DNA of 64,000 nucleotides, from positions 24,344-88,343 of the forward strand of contig JBBDQP010000058.1 in assembly GCA_040905965.1 (NCBI GenBank), read 5' to 3'. A model generated the notes under the pieces. That model did no database searches. It was not told the origin of the DNA and saw only the letters and a list, made by a program, of their open reading frames with translations. Source of the DNA: Acidimicrobiia bacterium. GTDB lineage: Bacteria; Actinomycetota; Acidimicrobiia; Spongiisociales; ZC4RG35. Positions within the stretch are counted from its first letter, which is position 1. Each line of letters begins with the position of its first letter. This document shows, in pieces, positions 50,523 to 60,268 of the stretch. Position numbers and translations under genes: made by a program.

Positions 50523-50745
50523 ATCCTCCTGGGTCGGAGGATGAAGAGAGAGTTCGACGGCGGGGTCCCGCCGGCGGACTACACCTTCACCCGAGGCTTC
50601 GTCTGCGCCGTGACACCAGGCGACCTGGCTCGGCCCCGAGGGGCCTCACAGTTGCGGGACAGCGCCGGTTCGTTCCGGACTTCGCTGATGCCGACGGCAA
50701 CGCTCACGTGGAGCGATCGGGACACACGCTAGCGGACGCAGAACC
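50523..50745 (-). promoter_or_regulatory. cobalamin (B12) riboswitch with SD-sequestering expression platform
   Basis: The minus strand reads 'GGAACGAACCGGCGCUGUCCCGCAACUGUGA', which matches the B12-box core (..GUCCCGCcACUGU..). It is flanked by 'GAAGUCCGG..' and 'GAGCCAGG..' aptamer-like segments. At the 3' end, CCUCC…GGAGG pairs the anti-SD with the AGGAGG RBS of btuF. Boundaries are approximate. Confidence 0.75.
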
Positions 50746-50762
50746 TCGCTCGTCGATCCGGA

Positions 50763-51950
50763 TCAGCCTTCGGGGGGGCGCGCTCCGAGTTCTGCGTCGA
50801 CGAAGAGAGTTTCGCCGTCACGCTCGATCTCGAGTTCGACGACGTCACCGACGCCGTAGTTTCTGATCACCGCGGCGAGGTCGGTGAAGTCTCCGATCCG
50901 GTCGCCGTCGACGGCAACCACGATGTCACCCAATTGCAGCCCTGCAGCAGCAGCCGCGGTGTCCGGGTTCACTTGCGTGATCACCGAACCCGCCCGACCG
51001 GTGGCCGTCGCATCGATCGACACACCGAGGAATCCGGGTTCGAATGTGCCCCCGTCGATGATGGCCCGCGCCACCCGATAGGCACGGTCGATCGGGACGG
51101 CGAATCCGACGCCGTCGTTGGCGCCGCTGGCCGAAAAGATCGAAACGTTGATGCCGACGATCCGCCCGAACCTGTCTGCCAGGGGTCCGCCACTGTTCCC
51201 CGGATTGATCGAGGCGTCGGTCTGGAGCATCAGCCGGGGAAGCCCGTCGGGGCCGGGGATCGCCTGATCCACGGCCGAGATGATCCCCGACGTGACCGTC
51301 GAGTCGAGACGCCACGGTGAACCGAGCGCGATCGCGAGTTGACCGGGTCGCGGGTCGTCGTTCAAAGCGAGCGGGGCGGCGGGTAGCCCGGTCAAAGCCA
51401 CCTCGATGACGGCGATGTCGTTGTCGTCGTCTGCTCCGATGACGCGGCCGGGAACCCGATCACCGTTGGCGAAGCGGACGAGCACATTCTCCACGCCGAC
51501 CACGACGTGGGCCGCCGTGAGGATCCGTCCGTTGCGATCGAAGATCACGCCACTTCCCAGCCCACCGGACTCGAGTTCGATCTGCACGACGGAGGGGAAA
51601 AGTGCTTCCGCGACGTCCGCCACCGGTTCGTCGGACTCGGAACTCACGAGCGGGGCAGTCTCCGGACCCGCCACAGGCGCCGTGTTGTCTGGCGGTGGCA
51701 CGATCGAAGTGGAGGAGGGCGGCGTTTCGGCCATGGACGTCGTCGTAGTCGACTCGGCAGCGACGACGGTGGTTTCGGTTGGGACGGGAGGTCCTGCGAG
51801 CCAGCCGATGCCTGCACCGGCGACGAACACGGTGAGAACGGCGAAGAAGATGACGACCCGCGACGGGGAAGCGTCGTACGGGGGTGTGTCGTCCGTCACC
51901 GAGATGTGATCCATATCCAGCATTCCAACGTCTCCGGCCGCTTGTGCCAA
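50763..51950 (-). CDS. HtrA/DegP-family serine protease with PDZ domain (PepD-like)
   Basis: His/Asp/Ser triad motifs (TAAHVV, DIAVIEV, GNSGGPL). N-terminal TM segment and C-terminal PDZ domain. Confidence 0.85.
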   Translation of the reverse strand: MAQAAGDVGMLDMDHISVTDDTPPYDASPSRVVIFFAVLTVFVAGAGIGWLAGPPVPTETTVVAAESTTTTSMAETPPSSTSIVPPPDNTAPVAGPETAPLVSSESDEPVADVAEALFPSVVQIELESGGLGSGVIFDRNGRILTAAHVVVGVENVLVRFANGDRVPGRVIGADDDNDIAVIEVALTGLPAAPLALNDDPRPGQLAIALGSPWRLDSTVTSGIISAVDQAIPGPDGLPRLMLQTDASINPGNSGGPLADRFGRIVGINVSIFSASGANDGVGFAVPIDRAYRVARAIIDGGTFEPGFLGVSIDATATGRAGSVITQVNPDTAAAAAGLQLGDIVVAVDGDRIGDFTDLAAVIRNYGVGDVVELEIERDGETLFVDAELGARPPEG

Positions 51951-51962
51951 CTCATGGATATC

Positions 51963-53138
51963 TCAGCTCTGGTAAACCGGCGGTAAAGCGTCCACCGGCG
52001 GTGTGGGCGTGCTCACGCCCCCGGTCGGTATCCACACGACGAGGATGGCGCCGCCGTCGACGCGTTTGTCCGACGTCAACCGGCCATGATGCAGCCGAGC
52101 CACCTCGCGCACGATGGGCAACCCCAGCCCGCGTCCGTCGCCCGCCCCTTCCACCACCGCAGGATCGATACCAGGACCCCTGTCCGCAACCGCGAAATAC
52201 GCCCATCCGTCCACCAGTCCTGTCCCGAGCCTGATCGTCGATCCCCGAGGCGACATCCGCAGGGCGTTCTCCACGAGGTTGCCCACGGCCCTGTCGAGGG
52301 TGGCACGATCTCCTTCGACGACTGCGGAGTGAGCATCCAGTTCGATCGACACGCCGGCCGCCTCCAGTCGGGCTGCCCAGTCCTCGGCAACCACTCCCGC
52401 CACATCGGAGAGGTCGAGTTCGACCATCACCACCTCGTCGACTTCGAGCCGGGCGACGGCGAGTAGTTCCTCGACCATGCGCCCCATCTGGTCACTCGCC
52501 CGGGACACGAGCTCACCGGTCTCCCGCCAGTCGTCCACGGTCGCCTCGGGATCGTCGAGCGCGACCTCGACATTCGACCGGATCACCGCCAACGGGGTAC
52601 GCAGATCGTGCGATGTCCGGGCCAGGAGATCGCGCTGAGCGCGAAACGCCCGGTCGAGCCGGTCGAGCATCGCATCGAAGGTACCTGCCATCTGGGTCAG
52701 CTCGTCGGGCGGGCCGCTCAATCCGATGCGACGAGTGAGGTCGGTGGCTTCGATCTCCTGGGCGACGGCAGTGATCCGCGTCAGCGGCTTCAGCGCCCGC
52801 CCGGCGGTGAACCAGCCGACCGCGAGCGAGAGCACAAAGAGAGCGGCGAATACGAGGAGGGTGATTCCCGCAACCTGGTTGAGGATGAACTCGCGAACAA
52901 GGCTTTCGAGCGTGCGGATTTGCTGCTCTTCGATTTGGGGGAGGAAGACGATCGTCCCGTCGATCTCGACTGTTCGGCCGCCCGTGACCACCCGTTGGGT
53001 CATGGTGAGCCCGCGCACCGCGTCAAGAACAGCGAGATAGACGACCCCGAGGGCGAGGCCACCGATACCGAAGACCACCGCAGAGGTGATCCACGACAGG
53101 CGGAAGCGGAGCGACTTTGTGACCGGCGGAAGATCCAT
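51963..53138 (-). CDS. sensor histidine kinase (MprB-like; TM-HAMP-HisKA-HATPase)
   Basis: H-box 'LARTSHDLRTPL'. C-terminal 'DRGPGI' and 'GLGL' ATPase motifs. Confidence 0.85.
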   Translation of the reverse strand: MDLPPVTKSLRFRLSWITSAVVFGIGGLALGVVYLAVLDAVRGLTMTQRVVTGGRTVEIDGTIVFLPQIEEQQIRTLESLVREFILNQVAGITLLVFAALFVLSLAVGWFTAGRALKPLTRITAVAQEIEATDLTRRIGLSGPPDELTQMAGTFDAMLDRLDRAFRAQRDLLARTSHDLRTPLAVIRSNVEVALDDPEATVDDWRETGELVSRASDQMGRMVEELLAVARLEVDEVVMVELDLSDVAGVVAEDWAARLEAAGVSIELDAHSAVVEGDRATLDRAVGNLVENALRMSPRGSTIRLGTGLVDGWAYFAVADRGPGIDPAVVEGAGDGRGLGLPIVREVARLHHGRLTSDKRVDGGAILVVWIPTGGVSTPTPPVDALPPVYQS

Positions 53139-53183
53139 CCGATCCGAAAGGCTATCGGCTGTCTCCTAAGGCCGAGGTAAACG

Positions 53184-53861
53184 TCACGGAGAGCGCGCCA
53201 CGTACCCGCGCCCAGGCACCGTCTCGATCACTCGTGGATCCCCCAGCTTCTTGCGCAGGTTCGAGATCGTCACTCGAACAGTGTTCGTGAACGGATCGGC
53301 CATCTCGTCCCAGACATGCTCGAGCAGATGCTCCTGGCTGTGCACCACGTCCGGATGCAGGAGGAAGTACTCCAGCAAGGCGAACTCCTTGGCGGTCAGA
53401 CCCAACTCGCGACCGTCGCGTTCCGCGGCGAATCGGGCAGGGTCGAGGACGATGTCGCCCAACTCCAAGACCGGGGCGCGATCCTGTTCGCGCCGCAACA
53501 GCGCCCGCACCCTCGCTTCCAACTCCGCAAAGGCGAACGGCTTGACGAGGTAGTCGTCTGCGCCGGCGTCGAGCCCTCGCACCCGGTCGTCGAGCGTGTC
53601 GCGTGCCGTCAGCATCAGAATCCGGGGAGGGATGCCGTCGAGAGTCGGAACGGTTCCGGCCTTGAGCCCGGTGGCCAGGTCGATCCCGGCACCGTCCGGC
53701 AGATTCCAGTCGAGGATGACCAAATCGTGTTCGGCGCCAACGAGGGTGATCTCAGCTTCCGAAATTGTGCCGACGATGTCCACGGCATGACCACGGCGGG
53801 TGAGACCGCGGCGGATGGCGGCCGCGAGATCAGCCTCGTCTTCGACGATCAGGATGCGCAC
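53184..53861 (-). CDS. OmpR-family response regulator (MprA-like)
   Basis: 'ILIVEDE' receiver domain and a winged-helix C-terminus. GTG start at 53861. Confidence 0.85.
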   Translation of the reverse strand: MRILIVEDEADLAAAIRRGLTRRGHAVDIVGTISEAEITLVGAEHDLVILDWNLPDGAGIDLATGLKAGTVPTLDGIPPRILMLTARDTLDDRVRGLDAGADDYLVKPFAFAELEARVRALLRREQDRAPVLELGDIVLDPARFAAERDGRELGLTAKEFALLEYFLLHPDVVHSQEHLLEHVWDEMADPFTNTVRVTISNLRKKLGDPRVIETVPGRGYVARSP

Positions 53862-53913
53862 GACCCCAATCTCGCACAGCAGGGTGTTCGAGGCGAGCGG
53901 TAGCGTCTCTGAG

Positions 53914-54639
53914 ATGAGCCGACCCATCGACGCTCACGCCGCAGTGCTCTTCGATCTCGACGGCGTGCTGACTCCCACCGCAGAAGTCCATCGGAGAGCA
54001 TGGAAACGCACATTCGATCGCGTTCTCGCCACCCATGTGGGAGCACAGGCAGATCCGTTCACGACCGACGACTACCTCCGATACGTCGACGGGAAGCCCC
54101 GCTTCGACGGCGTGCACAGTTTTCTCGCGGCCCGCGGGATCGAACTCCCCCAAGGCGAGCCGGATGAAGAGCCGTCGCTCGACTCCGAGACAGGGGTCGG
54201 GAACCTCAAGAATCGCGAATTCACTGCGGTCTTGGGAGAAGAAGGAGTCGACGCCTATCCGGGCTCGGTGGCTCTGCTGGACCATCTTCTGAAGGCGGGC
54301 GTGGCGGTGGCGGTCGTGTCGTCGAGCGCCAATGCCGAGTCGGTGCTCGAGGCAGCCGGACTCCGCACCCGCTTCGAGGTGATCGTCGACGGGATCGTCG
54401 CCCTGCAGCGGGGTCTTCCCGGAAAGCCGGCCCCCGACACGTTCCTGGCCGCCGCCCGCGAACTCGGGGTGGACGCCGCGGACGCAGTCGTGGTCGAAGA
54501 CGCTCTGTCCGGCGTCCAAGCCGGCGTGGCGGGAGGTTTCGGGCTGGTCGTCGGTGTCGACCGCGGAGGCCAAGCAGAGGCGCTGGCAAAGGCGGGGGCG
54601 CACGTCGTCGTCTCCGATCTCGCCGAACTCCTTCCCTGA
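53914..54639 (+). CDS. pgmB: HAD-family beta-phosphoglucomutase
   Basis: 'VLFDLDGVLT' motif I. Immediately upstream of the GH65 phosphorylase gene. Confidence 0.7.
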   Translation: MSRPIDAHAAVLFDLDGVLTPTAEVHRRAWKRTFDRVLATHVGAQADPFTTDDYLRYVDGKPRFDGVHSFLAARGIELPQGEPDEEPSLDSETGVGNLKNREFTAVLGEEGVDAYPGSVALLDHLLKAGVAVAVVSSSANAESVLEAAGLRTRFEVIVDGIVALQRGLPGKPAPDTFLAAARELGVDAADAVVVEDALSGVQAGVAGGFGLVVGVDRGGQAEALAKAGAHVVVSDLAELLP

Positions 54640-54670
54640 GATGGTCCGGTCCGGCCCTAGTGTCCGGCCG

Positions 54671-57013
54671 ATGATCGGACGCCACCGGACCGACCTTCCT
54701 CCCGACGTGTATCCCAGCGATCCGTGGGCACTCGTCGAGGAATCGTTCGCTCCTCGGTTCCTCTATCTCACCGAGACGACCTTCGCCCTCTCCAACGGGT
54801 ATCTCGGCATCCGCGGCACCGTCGACGAGGGGACGCCGGTTCACTTGCACGGAACGTTCGTCAACGGATTCCACGAAACGTGGCCCATCACCCATGCCGA
54901 GGCGGCGTTCGGGTTGGCACGCACGGGTCAGACGATCGTGAACGTACCCGACGCCACGTCCATCCGGGTCGAGGTCGACGGAACCCGACTCTCACTCAAC
55001 AAGCTGGGGAATCTCACCCAGCGGCGCTGGCTCGACTTCCGCCAGGGAGTACTCGAGCGTCGGGTCTCTTTCACGGCCGCGTCTGGAACGCAGGCGACCG
55101 TGCACTTCCGCCGTCTCGTCTCGCTGGCGATGCGTGAGGTGGCAGCATTTTCGGTCACGGTGCATGTCGATCGTCCGGCCAGGGTCGTCGTCACCTCCCG
55201 GATGGTGAACCGTCAGGACCGTCAGCAGGCCGAAGATATGACCGAAGATGATCCGCGACTCGCCCAGTCGTTCTCGCACCGTGTGCTCGAACCGCGCGCC
55301 GCGACCCTCGACGGGCTGCGCTTCTCTCAGGGTTGGGTCACGGCCCACAGCGGGCTGGGGCTGATCGCGTCCGTCGACCATCGCCTGTCCCAGCCGGCAG
55401 AGGTCGCGCTGAACCGCGACGCCAACGACTTCGGCCATCGTTTCACCGCAGACGTGACGCCTGAAAGACCTTTCGTGGTAGAGAAGTTCGCCCACTACCG
55501 GCGTTGCTCCGAGCGGCCGGAGGAAACGGATCGGCGGGCAGTGGCAGATGATCTGGACCGGTGCATCGAGATCGGTTTCGACGGCCTGGCAACGGCCCAG
55601 GCCGACGTCCTGTCGGCTCTGTGGGATCGTGCCGACATCGAGGTCGGCACGACGCCGGACACCCAGCGGGCAGTGCGGTGGACGCTGTTCCAGATGTTCC
55701 AGGCCAGTGCCCAGTTGAAGGATGGTTCGATTCCTGCGAAGGGTCTCACCGGCCAGGCGTACGACGGGCACTACTTCTGGGATACCGAGATCTATTTGCT
55801 GCCGTTCTTGGCGAGAGCACTCCCGGACAAGGCGCGCGAGATTCTTCTCCACCGGTACCACATGCTCGACGCGGCACGCCACCGGGCAGCCGAACTGTCA
55901 CAACGCGGAGCACTGTTTCCATGGCGGACGATCACCGGCGAAGAAGCGTCGGCCTACTTCCTGGCAGGCACGGCGCAATACCACATCAATGCAGACGTCA
56001 CCTACGCCGTCCGGACGTATACCGAGGCGACGGGAGACGAGGAGTTCCTGTGGGACTTTGGGGTCGAGATCGCCGTCGAGACTGCTCGTCTCTTCGAAGA
56101 CCTCGGCTTCTACCGGAACAACCGGTTCCACATTCATGGCGTGACAGGCCCTGACGAGTACACGGCCCTCGTCGACGACAACGCCTACACGAACGCCATG
56201 GCAAGGATGAACATGCGCTACGCCGCCGAGGTGGCGAGCCGCATGGCAGATGAACAACCGGAGCGGTGGACCGACCTCGTCGACCGGCTCGGAATCGAAC
56301 CTGATGAGATCACCCGTTGGCGTCTCGCGGCTGATGCCATCTACATCCCACACGATCCGGACCTGAATATCACACCCCAAGATGACGACTTCCTGAAAAA
56401 GGAGCCGTGGGACTTCGACGGCGTCCCGCCCACGAAGTACCCGCTGCTACTCCACTTCCATCCTCTGGTGATCTACCGGTTCCAGGTGCTGAAGCAGGCC
56501 GACGTCGTGCTCGCCGACTTCCTGCTCGGCGAAGAGTTCAGTCCGGAACTGAAGCGGGCCAACTTCGACTACTACGACCCCATCACGACAGGCGACTCGT
56601 CATTGTCGGCCAGCGTGCAGGCGATCATGGCTTCCGAGATCGGCTACGCCGACAAGGCGATGCAGCACTTCATGCACGCACTCTTCATGGACCTGGCCGA
56701 TCTTGCGGGAAACACCACCGATGGCGTGCACATGGCGTCGGCGGGCGGCGTCTGGCTGGCTCTCGTCCACGGCTTCCTCGGACTCCGCCGCCACGGCGAC
56801 CGTATCTCGTTCAGCCCTCGCCTTCCGGACGAGTGGGACCATCTGACCGTGAATGTGCCGCATCGCGGGCGACGGCTTCGGATCATGCTGCGGCGAGATC
56901 AGATGACCTTCACACTGGACGGCGACCCGCTCGACGTCGAGGTCGACAACCAGTCCGTCCATCTCGTTCCAGGATCGACCGAGGTTGCAATCAGTTCGCA
57001 GGCGCCACGGTGA
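54671..57013 (+). CDS. glycoside hydrolase family 65 phosphorylase (maltose/trehalose/kojibiose phosphorylase-like)
   Basis: 780 aa with GH65 N-terminal, central (alpha/alpha)6 and C-terminal domains (…YDGHYFWDTEIY…, …HMASAGG…). Confidence 0.8.
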   Translation: MIGRHRTDLPPDVYPSDPWALVEESFAPRFLYLTETTFALSNGYLGIRGTVDEGTPVHLHGTFVNGFHETWPITHAEAAFGLARTGQTIVNVPDATSIRVEVDGTRLSLNKLGNLTQRRWLDFRQGVLERRVSFTAASGTQATVHFRRLVSLAMREVAAFSVTVHVDRPARVVVTSRMVNRQDRQQAEDMTEDDPRLAQSFSHRVLEPRAATLDGLRFSQGWVTAHSGLGLIASVDHRLSQPAEVALNRDANDFGHRFTADVTPERPFVVEKFAHYRRCSERPEETDRRAVADDLDRCIEIGFDGLATAQADVLSALWDRADIEVGTTPDTQRAVRWTLFQMFQASAQLKDGSIPAKGLTGQAYDGHYFWDTEIYLLPFLARALPDKAREILLHRYHMLDAARHRAAELSQRGALFPWRTITGEEASAYFLAGTAQYHINADVTYAVRTYTEATGDEEFLWDFGVEIAVETARLFEDLGFYRNNRFHIHGVTGPDEYTALVDDNAYTNAMARMNMRYAAEVASRMADEQPERWTDLVDRLGIEPDEITRWRLAADAIYIPHDPDLNITPQDDDFLKKEPWDFDGVPPTKYPLLLHFHPLVIYRFQVLKQADVVLADFLLGEEFSPELKRANFDYYDPITTGDSSLSASVQAIMASEIGYADKAMQHFMHALFMDLADLAGNTTDGVHMASAGGVWLALVHGFLGLRRHGDRISFSPRLPDEWDHLTVNVPHRGRRLRIMLRRDQMTFTLDGDPLDVEVDNQSVHLVPGSTEVAISSQAPR

Positions 57014-58265
57014 GGGTGAGCAGGGCGGTCGATTCGTCGTAGACGAGGGTGTACAAGATCCCCCCGGATTCGACCGTTCCGTTGATCCCTTCGAGCAGCG
57101 GCTGCCGCACGTCCAGACCCAACTCGCCCAGCAGAGAGGCTCGCTGCTGGGGTGTACGGTCTGGTTCGACCGTGGCGATGGCGACGCCAAGCGCCTGGAT
57201 ACCCACCCTGTCGTATTCGGCAGGTCCGCTCGGATCGATATCCAGGGCGAACTCGTCGAGAGTCCCATCCGGCTGGACCACGCTGACGAGGGAAAGGAAG
57301 GGCGTGAACCGCTCCTCGAACGGGCCGAGCACCGGATTGGCGTCGAATTCCAAGACCTGGTCAACCGGTCCGCCGGCGGCGTCCCAGGCGGCGACGAACT
57401 CGGATGACGGCTGGTCGAAGATCACGTCGCCGACCGGGGCGGGTGGACTCGTCGTCGCCGTCACGTCTTCTGCGATGGTCGTCGACGGCGCGACGGTGGC
57501 TTCCGACACCGGGAGCGTCGTTGGGGGCCGTGCCTCACTTTCGTAGTTCTGGATGAACTCGATGGCAAGTGGCGTGACGAATGCGAACAGTGCGACGACT
57601 GCGGCCACCCCGGCAATGAGCCCGGCGATCTTCATCCGCTGGCTCCGCTTGGCGTCCTTCACCTGATACCCGCGCAGAGAGCGCTGGGCGAACAACGCGT
57701 CTTCGGCCACGGTGTTCGGCCCGGGAACGTACTCCTCGGCGAGGAGACGAGCTTGGGAGGGCCGTTCGTCGGCATCGTCGCGGTTGTCGAAGGCGGCGGG
57801 ATCTGCATGGGAGATGGGGAGCGCCGCCGGCGTGAAAGGGAACGCGACCGGATCATCGGCCGACTCCGCATCGGTAGTCGGGACAGCTGAAGGAGGAGGG
57901 GACGAGTGGTCGTCGCTGTCGGATCCGACGCCCCGCTCCTTGATGATGGCGACGAGCGAGCTGAAGCCTTCTGGATCGACGGGGGTGAACACCGCATCGT
58001 CACCATCGACCACGATCCTGAACGACCCGTCTCCAGCCGGATCAGCGTCGATCCGGCATTCTTCGATGGGCCAGGTCCCGAGTTCGCCGCCTGCCGCGCT
58101 CATGCGCAGGGTGCGTCCGCCAATCAACTCGACATCGATGTCGAGTCCTTCGCCGGCACCTGTCACCAGGAGTCCGGAATGTACGGTGGCGTCGTTGGTC
58201 ACAATCATCATTCTGCAAGGTCCCACAACACCATCGGCCGTCAATCCCGCCGACTTGAAGGACAT
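56991..58265 (-). CDS. hypothetical single-pass membrane protein (cytoplasmic N-domain, TM, extracytoplasmic C-domain)
   Basis: One TM segment ('IAGLIAGVAAVVALFAFV'), flanked by an acidic Pro-rich linker. Start taken at the internal Met at 58265, because the upstream gene ends at 58324. Confidence 0.4.
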   Translation of the reverse strand: MSFKSAGLTADGVVGPCRMMIVTNDATVHSGLLVTGAGEGLDIDVELIGGRTLRMSAAGGELGTWPIEECRIDADPAGDGSFRIVVDGDDAVFTPVDPEGFSSLVAIIKERGVGSDSDDHSSPPPSAVPTTDAESADDPVAFPFTPAALPISHADPAAFDNRDDADERPSQARLLAEEYVPGPNTVAEDALFAQRSLRGYQVKDAKRSQRMKIAGLIAGVAAVVALFAFVTPLAIEFIQNYESEARPPTTLPVSEATVAPSTTIAEDVTATTSPPAPVGDVIFDQPSSEFVAAWDAAGGPVDQVLEFDANPVLGPFEERFTPFLSLVSVVQPDGTLDEFALDIDPSGPAEYDRVGIQALGVAIATVEPDRTPQQRASLLGELGLDVRQPLLEGINGTVESGGILYTLVYDESTALLTLTVAPAN

Positions 58266-58323
58266 AGGTTGGGTCGGAGGGCCCAATTCCCAGCCTGTGG
58301 CTGTCACTGGGCGGCACGAGAAC

Positions 58324-58914
58324 TCAGCGCCAACAGCCTCCGCTGGCATTCCAGTGTGACCATCCGCCGAAGTCGTATACGAGCCAAGCGGCCACGGCCA
58401 CATTCGCCACCGGATCGAATACGTCGGCGCCCGGCCACCCTGCGTCGGCAGACCGCTCTGGCCACATGCTCGCCAGATGCTGGAAGAGGCCGGAGGCGGT
58501 CGATGTCGGGTTCTTGGCTGCCACCCGACCACCTGATTCGCACGCGATCACGCGAAGAGCACGATCCACGTGACGCGGCTCGAAGAACTGTTCGACGAGG
58601 GGGCGCCAGTCCGAAACCTGCGCCACTTCGTCCGGCACGAGGTCGTAGGCGTCGCGCGGCATCTCCAGACCGCCTGCCTCCACGGTGGTGGCGCACGTGG
58701 CACCTACCAGCCCGGGACGACACCCTGGGGGCAGCGGCCGCAGGTCGGCCGCCGGTGGGGCGATGTCCGTTTCGTACGGAAATGCCGCGTGACCGGAATT
58801 AAGTTGCACGGGAAAGAGCCGGGCTTCATCGTTGAGAGTCCAAGCCCCTCCGGAAGCGAGGATCATCACGAGTGTGAAAATCCCTGCGGCGTAGGACGCG
58901 ACAGCGCGCATCAT
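58324..58914 (-). CDS. transglycosylase-like (lysozyme-fold, Rpf/SLT-like) domain protein, membrane-anchored
   Basis: 'IACESGG…NPTSTASGLFQ' resembles the catalytic block of transglycosylase/Rpf-like domains. N-terminal TM segment. Confidence 0.5.
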   Translation of the reverse strand: MMRAVASYAAGIFTLVMILASGGAWTLNDEARLFPVQLNSGHAAFPYETDIAPPAADLRPLPPGCRPGLVGATCATTVEAGGLEMPRDAYDLVPDEVAQVSDWRPLVEQFFEPRHVDRALRVIACESGGRVAAKNPTSTASGLFQHLASMWPERSADAGWPGADVFDPVANVAVAAWLVYDFGGWSHWNASGGCWR

Positions 58915-59046
58915 TCACCTCTCTTCGGGGGAACCAGACGTGAAAACGTCCGAGGCAAAGGGTACCTGCCCGCGAAAACCAACCCAATTCGGGTCAGGTG
59001 AGAGTGATGGCGAAGAGCACGGCGCGGAAAGACGAGACGGAGGTCA

Positions 59047-60144
59047 TCAAGGCCCCCAACCGCGTGGCCGTTCGGCCCGTCCGATCACCTCTTCACCTCG
59101 CACCAACGCCAGTCGAGAGTGCATCTCGGCGGTGGCACACGCGTGGTTCGGCCACACGCGCACACGCTCCCCCACTTCGAGACCGGTTGGACCGCCGGTT
59201 CGCATGGTGACGAACCCGTGTTCCTGATTGGCCTCCGAGACGATCAGTTCAGAGTCGGCGAGTCCGGCGGTGGTGACGCTCCCGAGCCCGGTCATGCCCT
59301 TCAGCGCCGGTACTCCCCGATCCTGGGAGAGAGCGGACCATCCGGCATCGATGAGCGCCCGATGACCGCGGTCGACGACCCCTACGACCGTTGCGAGCGT
59401 GGAGAGCGCCAATTCCGTCGGACGCATCACGCCGAGCGACACCATCGAGAGATCGCCGAACAGGTACACCCCCGGTCGCGCCTCGCTCGCACCACGCAAG
59501 TGATCGACGCCGAAGAACGTCGGCGTCGACCCCACGCTGACCAGATCGACGTCGTGACCGCGATCGCGCAGCCCGGCGGCGACGCCGACCACGGCGTCGC
59601 GCTCGGCTGTCGCAAGCATCGGGACCTCGGAAGCGCCCACCAGGTACGAACCGCCGCCGTGCGTCATCACACCCCGCAACCGGTGATGCTCGACGATCTG
59701 GTCTGCCAGGCTGTACACACGCGGATCGTCGGGACGTACTCCCCCGCGATGTCCGTCGCAGTCGATCTCGATGGCGACGTCGACGCGGGGATCGGACGGC
59801 ACTCCGAGGAGCCCCGAGACCGAGTCGACGACGACCGTGAGTCGGATCGGGGCATCGCCGAGCGCCTCCAACAGGGCGGGACTCTTCCCGGCCGCGACCG
59901 GCACCGCGTACATGATGTCGGTGCTCACGGCCGCCAGCGTGCGTAGTTCTGCCAGGGTCGAAACGGTGAGGCCGCTGGCGCCGGCGGCGACGACACTTCC
60001 CAGCAACTCCGGACTCTTGACCGTCTTGGCGTGAGGGCGGAGGTCGACACCGAGTTCCGCAGCTCGCTGGACGCCCTGCCCGGTATTGGCCGCGAAGACG
60101 TCCATGTCGACGAGAGCGGCGGGTGTGACGAGGTCTCCGAACAC
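59047..60144 (-). CDS. DSD1/D-TA family PLP-dependent enzyme (alanine racemase N-domain; D-serine dehydratase/D-threonine aldolase-like)
   Basis: PLP-lysine block 'RPHAKTVKS' and a C-terminal D-TA domain. GTG start at 60144 chosen over the extended ORF. Confidence 0.65.
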   Translation of the reverse strand: MFGDLVTPAALVDMDVFAANTGQGVQRAAELGVDLRPHAKTVKSPELLGSVVAAGASGLTVSTLAELRTLAAVSTDIMYAVPVAAGKSPALLEALGDAPIRLTVVVDSVSGLLGVPSDPRVDVAIEIDCDGHRGGVRPDDPRVYSLADQIVEHHRLRGVMTHGGGSYLVGASEVPMLATAERDAVVGVAAGLRDRGHDVDLVSVGSTPTFFGVDHLRGASEARPGVYLFGDLSMVSLGVMRPTELALSTLATVVGVVDRGHRALIDAGWSALSQDRGVPALKGMTGLGSVTTAGLADSELIVSEANQEHGFVTMRTGGPTGLEVGERVRVWPNHACATAEMHSRLALVRGEEVIGRAERPRGWGP

Positions 60145-60268
60145 CGGCCGAAGCTTACGACGACCGGGGTGGGCGTCTGAGAAAGTGGAGAGCCCACCCC
60201 GATGACGAGTCACGGTGGGCAGGAGATGCAGATGATGCGAGCACACGAGAACGTGGGAACATGGGTCG

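Noticed and set aside
58998-59210. 70-aa plus-strand ORF with a good SD (AGGTGAGAG-N-ATG) at the 3' end of the DSD1 gene
   Set aside because: About 160 nt of it runs antisense through the C-terminus of a well-supported PLP-enzyme gene, and its product is low-complexity. Most likely fortuitous.
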